From the NCBI GenBank assembly GCA_963702895.1, contig OY969767.1, positions 2,432,001 through 2,496,000 on the forward strand: 64,000 nucleotides of DNA, given 5' to 3'. Position numbers and translations under genes: made by a program. This document shows positions 10,206 through 19,798 of the stretch, piece by piece. Under the pieces are notes generated by a model. It was not told where the DNA came from and ran no database searches. It worked only from the letters and a program-made list of their open reading frames with translations. The DNA comes from an uncultured Elusimicrobia bacterium. Lineage in GTDB: Bacteria; Elusimicrobiota; Elusimicrobia; 2-01-FULL-59-12. Numbering within the stretch: the stretch's first letter is position 1; every line of letters starts with the position of its first letter.

Positions 10206-10421
10206 GCCACTCCGTGCGGCGGGGAGGGAGGGTTGCTGACAAAAAAGATGTTTCTTCATCGCATCATGACTTGGTTTTTAAGGAGGAAGAATACCACCTA
10301 TGTTTTGGATGGGACTAAGCGGAAACCTCTGGGTCAAGGCTTCGCACTCGAGATAGCATGCCATTGGCTTCGACCCCATCGAGTTCCTCTGAAGCCTCCC
10401 AACAAGGCATAATATTGTCCG

Positions 10422-11762
10422 ATGCACCGCTATAAGACCCACCTGCATGAGACCGAGATGCCAACACGCTGGTACAACGTGGTGGCTGATCTTCCTTTCG
10501 CGCTGCCGCCGCCGCTCCATCCCGGGACCCGGCAGCCGCTCGACCCCAAAGAACTCGAAGCCATTTTCCCCAAGTCGTTGATCGAGCAGGAAGGCTCGCG
10601 CGAGCGCTGGATCGACATTCCCCAGGAAGTGCGCGATGTCCTGCGTCTGTGGCGGCCGACTCCCTTGCGGCGCGCCCATCGGCTCGAGCACGTTCTCAAG
10701 ACTTCATCCCGCATCTATTACAAGGATGAAAGCGTCTCACCCACGGGCAGCCACAAGACCAACACGGCTGTCGCGCAAGCTTTTTACAACAAGCAGGCCG
10801 GGATCAAGCGTCTCACCACGGAGACCGGCGCGGGTCAGTGGGGCTGCGCCCTCTCCTTTTCCTGCAACGTGTTCGGCCTCGCGTGCCGGGTTTACATGGT
10901 GAAAGTGACCTACAACCAGAAACCGATGCGCCAGTCGCTCATGCATCTCTGGGGCGGCGAGGTGATCGCTTCGCCTTCTGATCGGACGGAAGCCGGCCGA
11001 AAGATTCTGCAGGCCGATCCGCACTGTCCCGGCAGCCTCGGTATTGCCATCTCGGAGGCAGTGGAGGACGCCGCGGGCGACCCACAGGCCAACTACTCTT
11101 TAGGGAGCGTGCTCAATCATGTCCTTCTGCACCAGACTGTGATCGGCTTGGAGGCCAAGGAGCAATTGTCGCAGCTCGGTGAAACTCCGGATGCCGTGAT
11201 CGCCTGCGTTGGCGGCGGCAGCAACTTCGGCGGCATCGCCTTTCCCTTTGTCCCTGACAAGCTCACAAAGCACAAGGCCATGCGCATCATCGCCGTGGAA
11301 CCGACGTCCTGCCCGTCGCTCACACGCGGAAGCTACGCCTACGATTTCGGCGACACGGTGGGCCTTACGCCCCTTTTAAAAATGTTTACGCTCGGCCATA
11401 CCTTTATCCCCCCCAGCATTCATGCCGGCGGCTTGCGCTACCACGGGGCCTCGCCGATCGTGAGCGCCCTGGTCGATCAGAAGATTGTCGAGCCCATGGC
11501 CTACGAGCAGACCACCGTCTTTGAAGCCGCGGTTGCTTTTGCGCGCGCCGAAGGGATCGTGCCCGCACCGGAAACTTCCCATGCGGTCAAAGCCGCCATG
11601 GACCTGGCCACCCTGCCCGATCCGCCCAAGGTGATCCTTTTCAATCTAAGCGGTCACGGGTTCCTTGACCTGGCGTCTTATGACAAGTATTTGGCGGGTG
11701 AGCTCAAGGACTTCGCCGACCCCGCTCACGGGATCCAAAAAGCCCTCAAAGAACTGCCGTAA
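10422..11762 (+). CDS. trpB2: Tryptophan synthase beta chain 2 (TrpB2)
   Basis: [20 protein letters not shown] lysine, [34 protein letters not shown]. Confidence 0.96.
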   Translation: MHRYKTHLHETEMPTRWYNVVADLPFALPPPLHPGTRQPLDPKELEAIFPKSLIEQEGSRERWIDIPQEVRDVLRLWRPTPLRRAHRLEHVLKTSSRIYYKDESVSPTGSHKTNTAVAQAFYNKQAGIKRLTTETGAGQWGCALSFSCNVFGLACRVYMVKVTYNQKPMRQSLMHLWGGEVIASPSDRTEAGRKILQADPHCPGSLGIAISEAVEDAAGDPQANYSLGSVLNHVLLHQTVIGLEAKEQLSQLGETPDAVIACVGGGSNFGGIAFPFVPDKLTKHKAMRIIAVEPTSCPSLTRGSYAYDFGDTVGLTPLLKMFTLGHTFIPPSIHAGGLRYHGASPIVSALVDQKIVEPMAYEQTTVFEAAVAFARAEGIVPAPETSHAVKAAMDLATLPDPPKVILFNLSGHGFLDLASYDKYLAGELKDFADPAHGIQKALKELP

Positions 11763-11780
11763 CTGAATTTTCTTTTGTTC

Positions 11781-12188
11781 ATGAAACTCTCTCGTCACTC
11801 CTGGACCTTCTTTTTTCTTCTCCTCTGCTGCATCGTGAATTTTGTATTCCTCTTGCCGAATGGTTGGAAGGCCGCGCAGGCTTTCCGTGACGCCTCTGGC
11901 CTTTCGAACCCCGAACGCCGAATTCTGCAAGGCGGGCATTGGCATCGCGTGGTCACGCAGGTCGCCAGCCAAATTCCTCTCGAAGCTTCGGTCCGATTGG
12001 TCTCTGCTGCACCACCCTGGTATCTCTCTTATTATTTATATCCGCGGCTTCTGAAAAATGGTTCACGGGTCCTGAGTGAACGGGACGAAGTCCGAAAGAG
12101 GTACCCTTCCGCCTGGGTCTTGGTCTACGTGCTCCCCCCTCACGCGGAATTGACGGCTTATCCCCCGCTCGTTCCAATCCATGAGTGA
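11781..12188 (+). CDS. Hypothetical membrane-anchored protein
   Basis: N-terminal TM helix, YYLYPR motif, overlaps the next gene's start. Confidence 0.6.
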   Translation: MKLSRHSWTFFFLLLCCIVNFVFLLPNGWKAAQAFRDASGLSNPERRILQGGHWHRVVTQVASQIPLEASVRLVSAAPPWYLSYYLYPRLLKNGSRVLSERDEVRKRYPSAWVLVYVLPPHAELTAYPPLVPIHE

Positions 12189-13560
12189 ACTTGTCGTGCT
12201 TCTGTATTTAGCGTATGTGACCCTCTTGGGTCTGGCCTGGATGCGCTTATTGAAGAAAACCATCGGGTGGGAAGACCTGGCTTGGGGTTTTGGTGTTGGA
12301 ACGATCGTTTGGGCATACGCGCAGTTCTTGCTCAATGTTTTCCATATTCAGACGCGCGGTGCCCTGTTTTATGTATGGCAGGCGGGGTTGGTGGCGGTGC
12401 CCCTTCTCTTCTATCGGAGGCCCCAAGCCAGCATCTCTGATTTGAATGGCCGTCAGATTTCGGACTTCAGACTTTGGAAGCCACATTATTGGCTTTGCAT
12501 TCCTGTCGCGATCGCTCTCCTCACCTCCCTGCTTCAGGCCCTCACCTTCCCCATGCATATGTGGGACAGCATCGTAATTTATGGGTATAAGGCTAAAATA
12601 CTGTTTTACAAAGAGACGTTTAGAACGGAAGCTTTTCTCGATCCTTCTGTTCTGCATATCAACGCCGATTATCCGTTGCTCATCCCCTATCTGGAAGCGG
12701 GCTTCTACCGATGGCTGGGACACCCGGATGACCGGGCGGTCCGGCTCTTGTTTGTTGGGCACTGGACCGCGTGGCTCGGGATGATCTATGCCGCACTCTC
12801 TCGGAGAATCCACAAAGAGTATGCTTTGGTCGTTTGCGGGGTTGTCGCGACGCTCCCTCTTTTTTCTAGTACGTTTATGGGGCAGGCTGCTTCTGGATTT
12901 GCCGACATCCCCTTCGGATTTTATTGGACGGGTTTTTTGCTTTGTCTCGTCAAGACGTCTGGAGTCCGAGGCTCAAAGTCGGGGAGCTTGGGTGAGCCTG
13001 CTATGACCGCCTTGTTCGCTTTGGGGTGTGTCTTTACCAAAAATGAAGGTATTCCAGCCGTCATCATCGGACTCGTTTTATGTGCTTTTTCATTACGTCC
13101 TCGTTTCCAGGACTTTGGACTTCGGACGGTATTACCCACGGCGCTTCTGCTTGTTCCCTGGATATGGACAAGGTATTTCCTGCCGCATAACTCCGTCCAT
13201 ACAGTGCGGCTTCTGGCGCTTCCTTGGGACGAGGCATGGCAGCGAATGTATATCACAGCCTATGCTTTGGGTCGTGAGCTGTTCCATGTGCGGAACTGGG
13301 GCCTCTACTGGATTTTGGTGGCGGCGGGATTGCTGTGGCCAGCGACAAAGCGGCCCTTTCCAAGGGAATCCAAAATGCTCTTCGCGGCCGCGGGGCTGCA
13401 GATGTGTGCCTATGTCTACGCGTACTTAACGTACTCGCAGGATTTTGACTTTGTTTTGCCCATCACGCTCCTTCGGCTGATGGTTCACCTCATTGGCCCC
13501 CTCACGCTGGCGATCGGCTGGCGCCTTGCCGATGATGACCGAGCGGGTGGACCGCGGTAG
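12181..13560 (+). CDS. Polytopic membrane protein, GT-C/ArnT-PMT-like glycosyltransferase candidate
   Basis: Many TM helices; WDSIVIYGYKAK, DYPLLIP, ADIP, KNEG motifs. Confidence 0.6.
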   Translation: MSELVVLLYLAYVTLLGLAWMRLLKKTIGWEDLAWGFGVGTIVWAYAQFLLNVFHIQTRGALFYVWQAGLVAVPLLFYRRPQASISDLNGRQISDFRLWKPHYWLCIPVAIALLTSLLQALTFPMHMWDSIVIYGYKAKILFYKETFRTEAFLDPSVLHINADYPLLIPYLEAGFYRWLGHPDDRAVRLLFVGHWTAWLGMIYAALSRRIHKEYALVVCGVVATLPLFSSTFMGQAASGFADIPFGFYWTGFLLCLVKTSGVRGSKSGSLGEPAMTALFALGCVFTKNEGIPAVIIGLVLCAFSLRPRFQDFGLRTVLPTALLLVPWIWTRYFLPHNSVHTVRLLALPWDEAWQRMYITAYALGRELFHVRNWGLYWILVAAGLLWPATKRPFPRESKMLFAAAGLQMCAYVYAYLTYSQDFDFVLPITLLRLMVHLIGPLTLAIGWRLADDDRAGGPR

Positions 13561-13623
13561 GGAAAAGCGAAGAGATCTCTTTGCGGTGGATTGTTGATTC
13601 CGAGCCTCGAGAGGTGCAACCGC

Positions 13624-13782
13624 TCAGCGGCGAACCAACAACCATCCCAATAACGCTCCGTAGAGCGTGCTGATATAGGGATTCGCGGTGATCGGGCAAA
13701 CACCGCTACGACATCCGACGATGCGATGATAAGCATAGCCGGCTAAAGCGCCGAGTCCAATTCCTAAAGTGATTCGCAGCAC
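13624..13782 (-). CDS. Small membrane protein with GCxSGxCPIT motif (DUF6132-like)
   Basis: GALAGYAY..VGCRSGVCPITANPY; GTG at 13782 preceded by AAAGGAG. Confidence 0.75.
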   Translation of the reverse strand: MLRITLGIGLGALAGYAYHRIVGCRSGVCPITANPYISTLYGALLGWLLVRR

Positions 13783-14152
13783 GGACGTTCTCCTTTCAGA
13801 AGATGCTTTTGACAAAGGTGCTTGGATTTTGGGGCCTCCCTCGATCGCTCAAACCTCCGCCGCTTGAGGTTCGAAGGGTCGCTTTGGGGGAGCGCGTGTA
13901 AGACGATTGGGCGATCGGTAGCTGAGCGGAATGAGATGGCCCTCTTCGTCCGCAGCTTGGTCGCGCGCAGAATCATTCGTGTATTCATGGAATTCGGATT
14001 TCATTTGATCATAACAAGTCCAAAACCTGTAATTCCCAGAAAACAAAACGGCGGGTGCCGGGACCTCTGTCTTTCTCAAAGACCAGCAGGCTCCGAGGTC
14101 ACGAGCCCGTCAGCGGTTCGGGTTGTGACACCCAGATGGCTATAATCGGTTT

Positions 14153-15337
14153 ATGGTTCTTGAAGCAGGTGCGTTGAACGACAGCCAGAACGCTCAAAGT
14201 CTGGCCCCGATCAAGATTCTCCTGGTCACGGAGAGCTCTGGTTGGAGCGGCGGCGCGGCACAGACCCTCTTGCTCGCCCGCGGCCTGGCAGCACGAAAGC
14301 ATGGGGTCTGGATTGCCTGTCAGCGAGGAAGCGAGATTGCCCGTCGCGCGGAGTCTTTCGGCATACCGCTTTTGCTCACCAGGATCCGCGGTGATCTCGA
14401 TGTATTGGCCATCTGGGCCCTCCTTCGCTTCGTCCGGAAAAAAGGGATCCAGATTCTTCATGCCCAGCATCCCAAAGCTCACGGCGTGGGGCTCTTCGCC
14501 ACGGCGTTGGCTTCGCATTCCTGCTCGTTTCTCGTCACCCGCCGGGTTTCCTTCCCCGTTGGAGAACACCGCTTCAGTCGGTTGAAATACACCTCTTCTT
14601 ATGTGGATCGTTATCTCGCCGTCTCCGATGGGGTTAAACAGGTGTTGATTCAAGGGGGTCTTGAGCCCTCCCGCGTCCAAGTGGTCTATAGCGGCGTGGA
14701 AACGGAGGACTTCCGTCCCTCGTCGCCCCAGCAGGTGGAGTCTTTGCGCCACGCCTTGCAGTTGCATCCGAAGGTTCCAACGTTTATCAAAGTGGCCAAT
14801 TACTCCCAATGGAAAGGGCAAGAAGTGTTTCTCCGGGCGATCCAACGATACCTATCCTGGGGCCACCCCGGACAATTCATTTTTGCCGGCCGGGCAACAG
14901 ACGGACCTGAAATGACGGGCCTGGTCGATTCTTTGGGCATTCGATCCTCCGTGCGGCGGCTCGGGTTCCGAACGGATGTCGCGGATCTTCTGGCTGCCAG
15001 CGACGCGAGCGTCAATTCCGCCATTGCCGGCGAGGGTTTGTCGGGGGCACTGCGGGAATCTTTATTGCTCGGAATCCCCGTGGTGGCCAGCGACGTGGCC
15101 GGCAACCGGGAACTCGTGCAAGAAGGCGTCACGGGAAAACTCGTTCCCGTGGGGGACTCCGAATCTCTGGCGAAGGCGCTCGTCTGGATGATCCAGAACC
15201 GAGACGAGGCCCGGCGCCTGGCCGAGCAGGGCCGCCAGCGCGTTCTGACCGAGTTTTCAGCGGACCAAATGGTGCATAAAACCGAGCAAGCCTACCGTGA
15301 ACTCCTCACGCAAAAGGAGGGTTCCTCGAAGAGATGA
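14153..15337 (+). CDS. Glycosyltransferase family 4
   Basis: WSGGA, KGQEVFL, LGFRTDV, EGLSGALRE, PVVASDVAGNRELV. Confidence 0.92.
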   Translation: MVLEAGALNDSQNAQSLAPIKILLVTESSGWSGGAAQTLLLARGLAARKHGVWIACQRGSEIARRAESFGIPLLLTRIRGDLDVLAIWALLRFVRKKGIQILHAQHPKAHGVGLFATALASHSCSFLVTRRVSFPVGEHRFSRLKYTSSYVDRYLAVSDGVKQVLIQGGLEPSRVQVVYSGVETEDFRPSSPQQVESLRHALQLHPKVPTFIKVANYSQWKGQEVFLRAIQRYLSWGHPGQFIFAGRATDGPEMTGLVDSLGIRSSVRRLGFRTDVADLLAASDASVNSAIAGEGLSGALRESLLLGIPVVASDVAGNRELVQEGVTGKLVPVGDSESLAKALVWMIQNRDEARRLAEQGRQRVLTEFSADQMVHKTEQAYRELLTQKEGSSKR

Positions 15338-16491
15338 TATCGGCTGAACGCCTCTCAAGAGTACGCAATGCGATTGCTCTGCTTCTCACACCTTCCGGAC
15401 CCGCAAAGAAGCTAACACCAGCGGAAGTGCGCCGCCACATGGAGTCAGGGACGATTCGCAAAATCCTGTTTATCCGGCCACAACAGGGCATCGGCGACAT
15501 GCTCTTGACCACGCCTCTTTTTCGCTCACTGAAGGAGAGCTATTCTTCTTTGCGCCTTGATCTGTTGGCAAGCCGACACAACGCCACCGCCATCCGGGGG
15601 AACTCTCGGCTCACGAAGGTGTGGGTTTGGGATAAGAAGGCCATGTGGAACCCTCTCTGGATCTTTCGCTTTTTGAGTGGTTTGCGAAAAGAACAATACG
15701 ATCTGGTGATCGCTGTCTATAGCCACTCTCCTTCTTTGACGAATCTCCTTCTGGCGAAATGTTTAGGCGTCAAGATCATCTGGTGTTTAGACAGCGCTGC
15801 TTTAACATTAGGACTGAATTGGAGCCAGCGCCTGGCTCAGGTGGAGGTCCAACCCGCACCTGCTTCCGAGCCCGAGTGGAACCGTTACGCGCAGTTGATC
15901 CGTCCTCTCGTTGATCACGTAGCACCGGAACCCGAGTTTTTCCCAAGTGCCGAGGACCATGCTTGGGCGGAAAGATGGTGGAGCGAAATCCACTGGAACT
16001 CTAAACTACCGAAGGTGGGACTATTTTTGGCAGGGAACCCGACACGTCCCGACCGATTATGGCCTGTCGTTTCGTGGGTGAAATTAGCAGAACGTTTCTT
16101 GCAGAATCAAAACGCAGAGCTGATCGCCATCAATCCTCCGCCAGGTCATCGGACGGGAACGGGCAAGGTGGAGACAGGCATGTATGCCCCGTTCTGCGCC
16201 GCGCTCGGCCGAGAGATCCCTCTGTACAAAGAACGAGGTCTCGGGACTGTCGCGGCACTCTTCCAACGCCTCCAGCTCTTCCTCTGCCCCGACGGCGGCA
16301 TTTTTCATGTTGCGGTCGCTTGCCGCGTCCCCACACTGGGGCTTTTTTTCCAGACCGATCCCAAGCGGTGGTGTCCTTCCGTCCCCTGGGCCAACGCCAT
16401 CAAAATACCCGCGGGCGAGGCAACAGAGGAGACCCTCATGACGGTTTATCAAAAGGTGGAACATCTGCTGCGCCATCAAGATCGTTGTTAA
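15334..16491 (+). CDS. Glycosyltransferase family 9 (LPS heptosyltransferase-like)
   Basis: IGDMLLTTP, RLWP, DGGIFHVAVA..VPTLGLF..TDP.RW.P. Confidence 0.88.
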   Translation: MISAERLSRVRNAIALLLTPSGPAKKLTPAEVRRHMESGTIRKILFIRPQQGIGDMLLTTPLFRSLKESYSSLRLDLLASRHNATAIRGNSRLTKVWVWDKKAMWNPLWIFRFLSGLRKEQYDLVIAVYSHSPSLTNLLLAKCLGVKIIWCLDSAALTLGLNWSQRLAQVEVQPAPASEPEWNRYAQLIRPLVDHVAPEPEFFPSAEDHAWAERWWSEIHWNSKLPKVGLFLAGNPTRPDRLWPVVSWVKLAERFLQNQNAELIAINPPPGHRTGTGKVETGMYAPFCAALGREIPLYKERGLGTVAALFQRLQLFLCPDGGIFHVAVACRVPTLGLFFQTDPKRWCPSVPWANAIKIPAGEATEETLMTVYQKVEHLLRHQDRC

Positions 16492-16571
16492 GAGTCCTCC
16501 TCTGCGCTGGGGCAAGGCCACCCCGCATAGAAATTCAGATCTAAAAAAACTACATTCTGTCGCGTATAGCT

Positions 16572-18464
16572 ATGGATAAGCCTCTTTCACCGCCGCGTTT
16601 TCGAATCATTCTGCCTTTACTCGTTGCCGTGTTGACGTTCGTGGCCTTTTCCCCAGCGCTCAAGAATGGCTTCCTGGCCTGGGATGACCTGGACAATTAC
16701 GTCAAGAATCCCCACTTTAGAGGTTTTGGCCTGGAGCACCTCCGGTGGATGTTCACCACCTACCACATGGGGCCGTACCAGCCTTTGAGTTGGCTCACGA
16801 GCGCCTTGGATTACAAAATATGGGCGTTGGACCCAAAGGGTTATCACCTCACGAACCTTCTGATTCAGAGTCTCAATGGTGTTGTGTTCTTTTATTTCGT
16901 ACGGCGGGTCCTTCTGTTCGCTTGGGATCGACCGGATACACAGAGGAATATTCTAGGGGCATCGTTTCTTGCCGCTTTGTTTTTTTCCATCCATCCTCTC
17001 CGTGTGGAGTCGGTGGTCTGGGCGACGGAACGCCGCGACGTTCTTTCAGGGCTCTTCTTTCTGTTGGCAGGCTGGGCGTATCTGAAGCGCTGGCCAACCC
17101 TGACCGGAGGGCCGGAAGAAACGCGGTGGTACCCATGGTCCCTGGTGCTCTTTCTTCTCGGTCTCTTATCCAAAGCAACCACGGTTGGGCTCCTCTGGGT
17201 CTTGATAGCGCTGGATGTTTTCCCTCTGCGCCGCCTGGCGACGGATCCCCGCCGGTGGTTCAGGCGGGAGAGCTGGCCGATTTGGCGCGAGAAGATTCCG
17301 TTCTTCGTCCTGGGAGCTGCCGCCGTGATCAACGGCGCCCTGGGCCTCACCCAAGCGATGAGTCCTTACAGTCTTACGGAGCGCCTGTCGTTCTTCTTCT
17401 ATGGGACCATCTTCTACCTTCAAAAAACGATTTGGCCTGGCGAGTTGTCGCCTCTGTATGAAGTGCCGTACGTCTTTCAAAGCATGGCAGGCTCGTTTGC
17501 TGCCTGCGCCATTCTTTCGCTTGTGCTGACGGCCATCTTCCTTGGCCTCTATCGCCGTTCTCCGGCCTTCCTCCTCGCCTGGGGATGCTACCTCCTCATC
17601 TTCGCGCCGGTCTCGGGGCTCGCCCAAAACGGCCCGCAGCTGGTCGCCGCGCGCTACAGCTATTTATCCTGCATTCCGTGGCCTTTTCTCCTGGCGGGAT
17701 TTCTCCTCAAGCGCCGTTCCGCGTGGCTGCCGATGGCCGCGCTCTTGGGGGTGCTGGGATGGCAGACATGGGCGCAAACTCACCATTGGCGGGATGATCT
17801 GTCCCTGTGGGGACATGCCCTGGAGATGGATCCCAAGAACAGCCGGGCCCATAACAATTACGGCGCGGCGCTGATGAAGAAGGGCCGCCTGGAAGAAGCC
17901 GCGGCCCACTATGAACAATCCCTGGAGCTGAACCCGACCCTGGCGGAAGCTTACCGGGACATGGGGCTTGTGCTCATGGAACAAAAGAAGCCGCAAGAGG
18001 CCCTCGCCTATTACAAGAATGCTGAAGCGCTTCGCGCTTCAGTTCCTGAGCTGGCCGTCAACATGGCAGCGGCTTACTACGCGCTTGGCAAGATCGATGA
18101 AGCGATTACGTACTACCAAAAAGCGCTTGATCTGCACACGCCCCATGAGGCGGAAGTGTTCAGCAACCTGGCCCTGTCTTATATGCTCAAGGGCAACACC
18201 GAAATGGCGATCGCCTATTATGAGAAAGCAAGAAACCTCAGGCCCGATCTTCCGCAGGTCCGGCTGAACCTCGCGACGGCCTACGCGAAGCTCGGCCGAC
18301 GGGAAGAAGCCATCAAGGAAGCGCAAGCGGCGCTGGATATAAAACCGGACTATGCCAAGGCCCACTATCTGTTGGGGAAGCTTTTGACTGAATCCGGGAG
18401 AGCTGAGGAAGGCGCGGAACATCTTCGTCAAGCCGAACGCTTGGGCCTTCCTACGAAGAAGTAA
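16572..18464 (+). CDS. Polytopic membrane protein with C-terminal TPR repeats (TMTC-like O-glycosyltransferase candidate)
   Basis: WDD, YQPL, YHLTNL, HPLRVESVVWATERRDVL, ARYSY, then several TPR repeats. Confidence 0.85.
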   Translation: MDKPLSPPRFRIILPLLVAVLTFVAFSPALKNGFLAWDDLDNYVKNPHFRGFGLEHLRWMFTTYHMGPYQPLSWLTSALDYKIWALDPKGYHLTNLLIQSLNGVVFFYFVRRVLLFAWDRPDTQRNILGASFLAALFFSIHPLRVESVVWATERRDVLSGLFFLLAGWAYLKRWPTLTGGPEETRWYPWSLVLFLLGLLSKATTVGLLWVLIALDVFPLRRLATDPRRWFRRESWPIWREKIPFFVLGAAAVINGALGLTQAMSPYSLTERLSFFFYGTIFYLQKTIWPGELSPLYEVPYVFQSMAGSFAACAILSLVLTAIFLGLYRRSPAFLLAWGCYLLIFAPVSGLAQNGPQLVAARYSYLSCIPWPFLLAGFLLKRRSAWLPMAALLGVLGWQTWAQTHHWRDDLSLWGHALEMDPKNSRAHNNYGAALMKKGRLEEAAAHYEQSLELNPTLAEAYRDMGLVLMEQKKPQEALAYYKNAEALRASVPELAVNMAAAYYALGKIDEAITYYQKALDLHTPHEAEVFSNLALSYMLKGNTEMAIAYYEKARNLRPDLPQVRLNLATAYAKLGRREEAIKEAQAALDIKPDYAKAHYLLGKLLTESGRAEEGAEHLRQAERLGLPTKK

Positions 18465-18475
18465 ACCCAAATGTT

Positions 18476-18602
18476 CGTCACCCCGGCGGATTGTTAGCCG
18501 GCCCTCCAGACGCCCGGCGGGCCGTCCGCCCTGCCGTGTGGCGGACGGAGTCTATCATCGACGAAAAAGACATGATGGATCCCGGCTTTCGCCGGGATGA
18601 CG
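18476..18602. repeat. CGTC-type palindromic element (intergenic) carrying a nested 47-bp double-hairpin insert at 18502-18548
   Basis: cgtcaccccggc...gccgggatgacg ends; arms align with the copies at 24161 and 33407. Confidence 0.85.
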
Positions 18603-18697
18603 GCATAGTAGAGTTTGCTTATTACGGACGATAACACCGTTTCATTCGACAATTTTCGGGTTAATACGTCTATTAGGTTAGAGAGGCAAAGGAACGA

Positions 18698-19744
18698 TCA
18701 AGAGGTTTTCGCGGCGGGCTCGTAAGCGCAATAGGGTTCTTCCGACTGGACGTTCCCCGTCGCGTAATACCCTCGGGCACGACACCCGCCACAGACATCC
18801 TTAAAGTCGCACACCCCGCAGCGACCTTCCAACAGGTCTGAGTTTCGCAGCGAACGAAAGAGCGTGGCGCTCTCCCAAATCTTCTGGAAGGGCTCTTGGC
18901 GAATGTTGCCAGCCGCCTGGGGCAAGTAGCCGCAAGGGAACACGTCACCCTTGTGCGAGATAAAGCACATGTGAATGCCGGCCAGGCACCCTTTGCGGTC
19001 GCTCGAGATGGGGTTGGCCTGTGGTGCTTCAAGACTTTCATGCTCTATACGGTAGATGTGCGGCGCGCAAATGGCTTTGAGCGGAAGGGACCCTGGCTTG
19101 TCGTGCTCGCAAACCCACTTGAGCCATTCTTCCACTTCGGAGCTGCTCAGCATCTGGGAGTCGGCGATCTGGACCCCGCAACCCACGGGCACAAGGAGAA
19201 AGAGGTAGAGCGCCGCTGCCTTGGACTCTTTGGCGAGCGCATAGACCTGCTCGATCTGGTCCTTGTTTTGACGCGTGACGGTGAAATTGATCTGGACCTT
19301 CAAGCCAGCCTCACGCAGAAGACTCATGCCCTGGAGTGTTTTTTCAAAAGTGCCGGGGCCTCTAAATTTGTCATGGGTCTCCGCTGTTGCACCATCCAGG
19401 GAAACCGAGGCGTAATAAATCCCGACTTGCCGAATCTTTTCAGCCATGGGCTTGTCGACAAGGGTTCCGTTCGTCGAAAGCGCTATGGGCAGGCCGCAAT
19501 TCTTGGCGTAGGCCGCGAGCTCAAATAAGTCCTTACGGTATAAGGGTTCTCCGCCAGAAAAGATGAGCACAGGCCTTCCCATGGACTGCAGGTCCTTGAT
19601 GAGTGCCATGCCCTCTTCCGTCGTGAGTTCGTCCTTGGCGGGCTGATCCAAAATATCCAAGCGACGGCAATGGATGCAACGCAAGTTGCAGCCTGCGGTC
19701 GTTTCCCAATACACCCTTCGTAAGTGAGGATTCCAAACGGTCAT
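18698..19744 (-). CDS. Radical SAM/SPASM protein of the AhbD/NirJ2 (heme b synthase) type
   Basis: WETTAGCNLRCIHCR (CxxxCxxC), SGGEPL, FLLVPVGCG, CAPH, GCLAG..G.V.PCGY, CxxC...CGGCRAR SPASM. Confidence 0.8.
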   Translation of the reverse strand: MTVWNPHLRRVYWETTAGCNLRCIHCRRLDILDQPAKDELTTEEGMALIKDLQSMGRPVLIFSGGEPLYRKDLFELAAYAKNCGLPIALSTNGTLVDKPMAEKIRQVGIYYASVSLDGATAETHDKFRGPGTFEKTLQGMSLLREAGLKVQINFTVTRQNKDQIEQVYALAKESKAAALYLFLLVPVGCGVQIADSQMLSSSEVEEWLKWVCEHDKPGSLPLKAICAPHIYRIEHESLEAPQANPISSDRKGCLAGIHMCFISHKGDVFPCGYLPQAAGNIRQEPFQKIWESATLFRSLRNSDLLEGRCGVCDFKDVCGGCRARGYYATGNVQSEEPYCAYEPAAKTS

Positions 19745-19798
19745 TCGATTTACGCCTGCATTATACCAAGGCGGCTTCCAAGCCCTTAAGATTTCCGA

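Noticed and set aside
13822..14145. Short overlapping ORFs on both strands between the DUF6132-like gene and the GT4 gene
   Set aside because: No recognisable motifs or convincing RBS, so none can be supported.
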